Part shown: piece after piece, positions 35,637-37,517 of the stretch
Numbering within the stretch: position 1 is the first letter of the stretch
Layout of the letters: every line of letters starts with the position of its first letter
Source of the DNA: a bacterium
Lineage (GTDB): Bacteria; Eisenbacteria; RBG-16-71-46
Length of the DNA: 37,517 nucleotides
NCBI GenBank assembly: GCA_043779265.1
Contig: JAYWEM010000118.1
Location: 1-37,517 of the forward strand
Direction of reading: 5' to 3'
Translations under genes and position numbers: made by a program
Notes under the pieces: generated by a model
What the model was told of the DNA's origin: nothing
What the model saw: the letters and a program-made list of their open reading frames with translations, nothing else
Database searches by the model: none

Positions 35637-35663
35637 CGCGCGTTCAGACGGCCGCGGCGAGGA

Positions 35664-35801
35664 TCACTCGACGCGCACGAGCCTGGCCTGGCCCTCGTAG
35701 CCGTCGGCATCCATGCGAACCAGATAGATCCCCGCGGGCATCGCGCGGCCCTGCTCGTCGCGGCCATTCCATGCGGCCGAGTGACGGCCGGCCGCTTGCG
35801 A
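35664..35801 (-). pseudogene. Orphan 3' fragment of a FlgD-Ig C-terminal domain gene
   Basis: Manual translation SQAAGRHSAAWNGRDEQGRAMPAGIYLVRMDADGYEGQARLVRVE*. An in-frame TAG precedes it and the N-terminal half of the domain is missing. Confidence 0.8.
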
Positions 35802-35809
35802 CTAGAGCG

Positions 35810-37516
35810 TTACTCGATGACCACCAGTCGCTGTGTCGACGAGAGGCCGGGAGCCTCGAGGCGTGCCAGATAGAGCCCTGGCGCCAGGCGTCTGCCGTCG
35901 GCCGCGCGACCATCGAATGCCACCGCGTGCTCGCCCGCCCCTCTCATGCCATCGACCAGCACACGCACCGAGCGACCCTGCGCATCGTGCAGCGTCAGCC
36001 TCACGCCGCCCGCCTGGGTGATCGCGAAGCGCAGGGTGCTCGCGCCGCCCGGGCGAACCGGATTGGGGCGCGGCGCCGCGAAGTGCGCGACGAGTGCACC
36101 CGGCGTGTCGCCCGCATCGAGCACGCCGCCCGGCTGCAATAGCGAGGCCCCCGAGACGTTGCCGTGCGTGTCGAACGCGACCAGCTTGTAGAAGTACGGC
36201 TGGCCCGCAGCGTCGGTGTAGCCCGTTTCGGTCATGCTCGCCACCAGCGACGAGGGCCCGATGGCGAACCCCGGGCTGGTGCCGCGATAGAGGCGATAAC
36301 CCGCCAGGTCGGCCTCGGCATTGGGCGCCCAGTAGAGCGCCGTCGAACCGCTGCCGTACTGACCGTTGAACGGCGCCGGCGCCGCCGGAGCGAGGTTGTC
36401 GACCGAATAGCCCGAGTCGGAGGCCGACACCCACCACGAGGTGCCGTAGTCGGTGAGCGCCATCACCATGAACGACGTGCGCGGGTTGGAGCCGACGATC
36501 GAGTCGCCCTCGGTCGGCGCGAGGAAGCTGTAGGCCGCGAGGCGGCGGGCCGTCACGGCGCCCACCTCCTCCCAGAAGTAGTTGGCGGCGTTCGAGGAGG
36601 TGCGCAGGAAGCGCCTGCCACCGAGCGCCGTGAACGGCGAATCCGAGCGAAGCGGCGCCGCGCGCTCGAGCGTGGTCGCGAGTGGCGCCGAAACGGTGCG
36701 GAACACCAGGTACTGCGCGATGTTGCGGAACAACGGATCGGTGTCGAGCGGGCTGGCGTACCACGCCACGCGCACCTGCCCGCCCTGATCATTGGGCACA
36801 TCGCCGACGCCCGCCATCACCGGCTCGGCGCCGAGGTAGCCCCACTCGTCGACCGCCTGGATGCGCACGCCGTAGGCGCCGCTGAAGTCCGTGAAGGCGA
36901 TGTGCGCGCCGCCGCCTGCAGTGACGCGCAAGTCGGCATTCGTCTGCACGTTCGCGGAGGTGGCGATCGGCACACCATTGCTCTGCCAGTGAGCCCAGCC
37001 CTGCGAGCTGATCCGCTGAGCGTAGATGTCGGCGGCGCCGCTTCGAGGATCGTCCCACACGAAGATCGCCCCTCCCCTGCCATCGGCCGCGGCCCTCACT
37101 TTGCTGACGCTGCCGCTCGAGACGCGGAGCGGAATGCCGTCGAAGCCCCACTGACCCGTGCCGAGCGCGTCGAGCTTCTGGATGTAGAGGTTGAGGTTGT
37201 CGATGGAGAGACGCCCGTCCTCCCAGACGAACACATACCCGCCCAAACCATCCGCCACGACTGATCGTAGCCACTGAAATCCGGCGGCGGTGCAGACGGG
37301 CACTCCATTGGCCGCCCATTGCGCCGCGCCGGAGTACACGTAGATCCGCTGTGCGTAGACATCCAGACCAGCGCGGGAATCCGTCCAGCCGACGACGAGT
37401 TCCGTCTGGCCGCCGATGACGACACGCGGCGCGAACTGGGTTCCCGTTGCATTGCACACAACGATGCCACTGGCGGCGAGCTGTGGGGCGCCTCCGATGG
37501 AGTAGCGCTGGAGATA
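35810..37516 (-). CDS. Exported repeat protein (W-x-D-x-R / D[IV]YAQR beta-propeller-like repeats) with Fn3-like and FlgD-Ig CTD; 5' end outside the window
   Basis: Repeats WTDSR..DVYAQRI, WEDGR..LYIQKL and WDDPR..DIYAQRI. DVPNDQGG, ADLAGYRLYR and PNPV...FDGR...PGLYLARL. Frame open to the window edge. Confidence 0.9.
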   Translation of the reverse strand, partial: YLQRYSIGGAPQLAASGIVVCNATGTQFAPRVVIGGQTELVVGWTDSRAGLDVYAQRIYVYSGAAQWAANGVPVCTAAGFQWLRSVVADGLGGYVFVWEDGRLSIDNLNLYIQKLDALGTGQWGFDGIPLRVSSGSVSKVRAAADGRGGAIFVWDDPRSGAADIYAQRISSQGWAHWQSNGVPIATSANVQTNADLRVTAGGGAHIAFTDFSGAYGVRIQAVDEWGYLGAEPVMAGVGDVPNDQGGQVRVAWYASPLDTDPLFRNIAQYLVFRTVSAPLATTLERAAPLRSDSPFTALGGRRFLRTSSNAANYFWEEVGAVTARRLAAYSFLAPTEGDSIVGSNPRTSFMVMALTDYGTSWWVSASDSGYSVDNLAPAAPAPFNGQYGSGSTALYWAPNAEADLAGYRLYRGTSPGFAIGPSSLVASMTETGYTDAAGQPYFYKLVAFDTHGNVSGASLLQPGGVLDAGDTPGALVAHFAAPRPNPVRPGGASTLRFAITQAGGVRLTLHDAQGRSVRVLVDGMRGAGEHAVAFDGRAADGRRLAPGLYLARLEAPGLSSTQRLVVIE

Positions 37517-37517
37517 G

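Noticed and set aside
35664..35812. Programmed frameshift or readthrough giving a tandem FlgD tail
   Set aside because: The upstream gene already has a complete CTD and TAA, the fragment's frame is closed by TAG, and no slippery site is visible. A remnant is the simpler reading.
1..37517. Many long overlapping or antisense ORFs in the track (e.g. 2873-4456+, 5185-6675+, 8156-9703+, 9435-11021+, 32206-33735-)
   Set aside because: Shadow ORFs typical of high-GC DNA. They are Arg/Ala/Pro-rich, lack motifs and overlap well-supported genes.
1..37517. CRISPR array, tRNA, rRNA, transposase or integrase
   Set aside because: I saw no regularly spaced direct repeats, cloverleaf or rRNA signatures, or DDE/tyrosine recombinase motifs.

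Overview
High-GC bacterial chromosomal segment. The gene content (several FlgD-Ig C-terminal exported proteins, a C-terminal TWGxxK tail, an ECF sigma/Ser-Thr kinase pair, Bacteroidota-style CoaBC motifs) suggests an FCB-related lineage such as Candidatus Eisenbacteria; this is inference only. The left ~13.7 kb is a minus-strand housekeeping run: yicC, gmk, rpoZ, coaBC, udg, dnaB, mlaEFD, radA, ybaK, ispD, ispF, ybaN, ddl and an M42 peptidase. The right ~24 kb is accessory. It holds an HNH endonuclease with a DUF222-like N-terminus and a RuvA-CTD-like tail, a small secreted protein coupled to a TPR/sigma54 activator, a large lipoprotein, a short NFACT protein, a TPR protein, an EEP nuclease/phosphatase with a membrane partner, an ECF-kinase-S8 protease cluster, a beta-propeller receptor kinase, a YkgJ protein, a lamin-tail protein and a FlgD-CTD protein followed by an orphan FlgD-CTD remnant. 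The best candidate for an undescribed system is the signal-peptide ORF (17912-18253) translationally coupled to the TPR-bEBP (15444-17915). Its upstream region carries four tandem ~19-bp palindromic sites over its own promoter and an IHF-like site, which resembles an RRNPP-like peptide-sensing circuit with sigma54 output. I saw no rRNA, tRNA or CRISPR array. All calls come from reading the sequence by eye; no searches were run.
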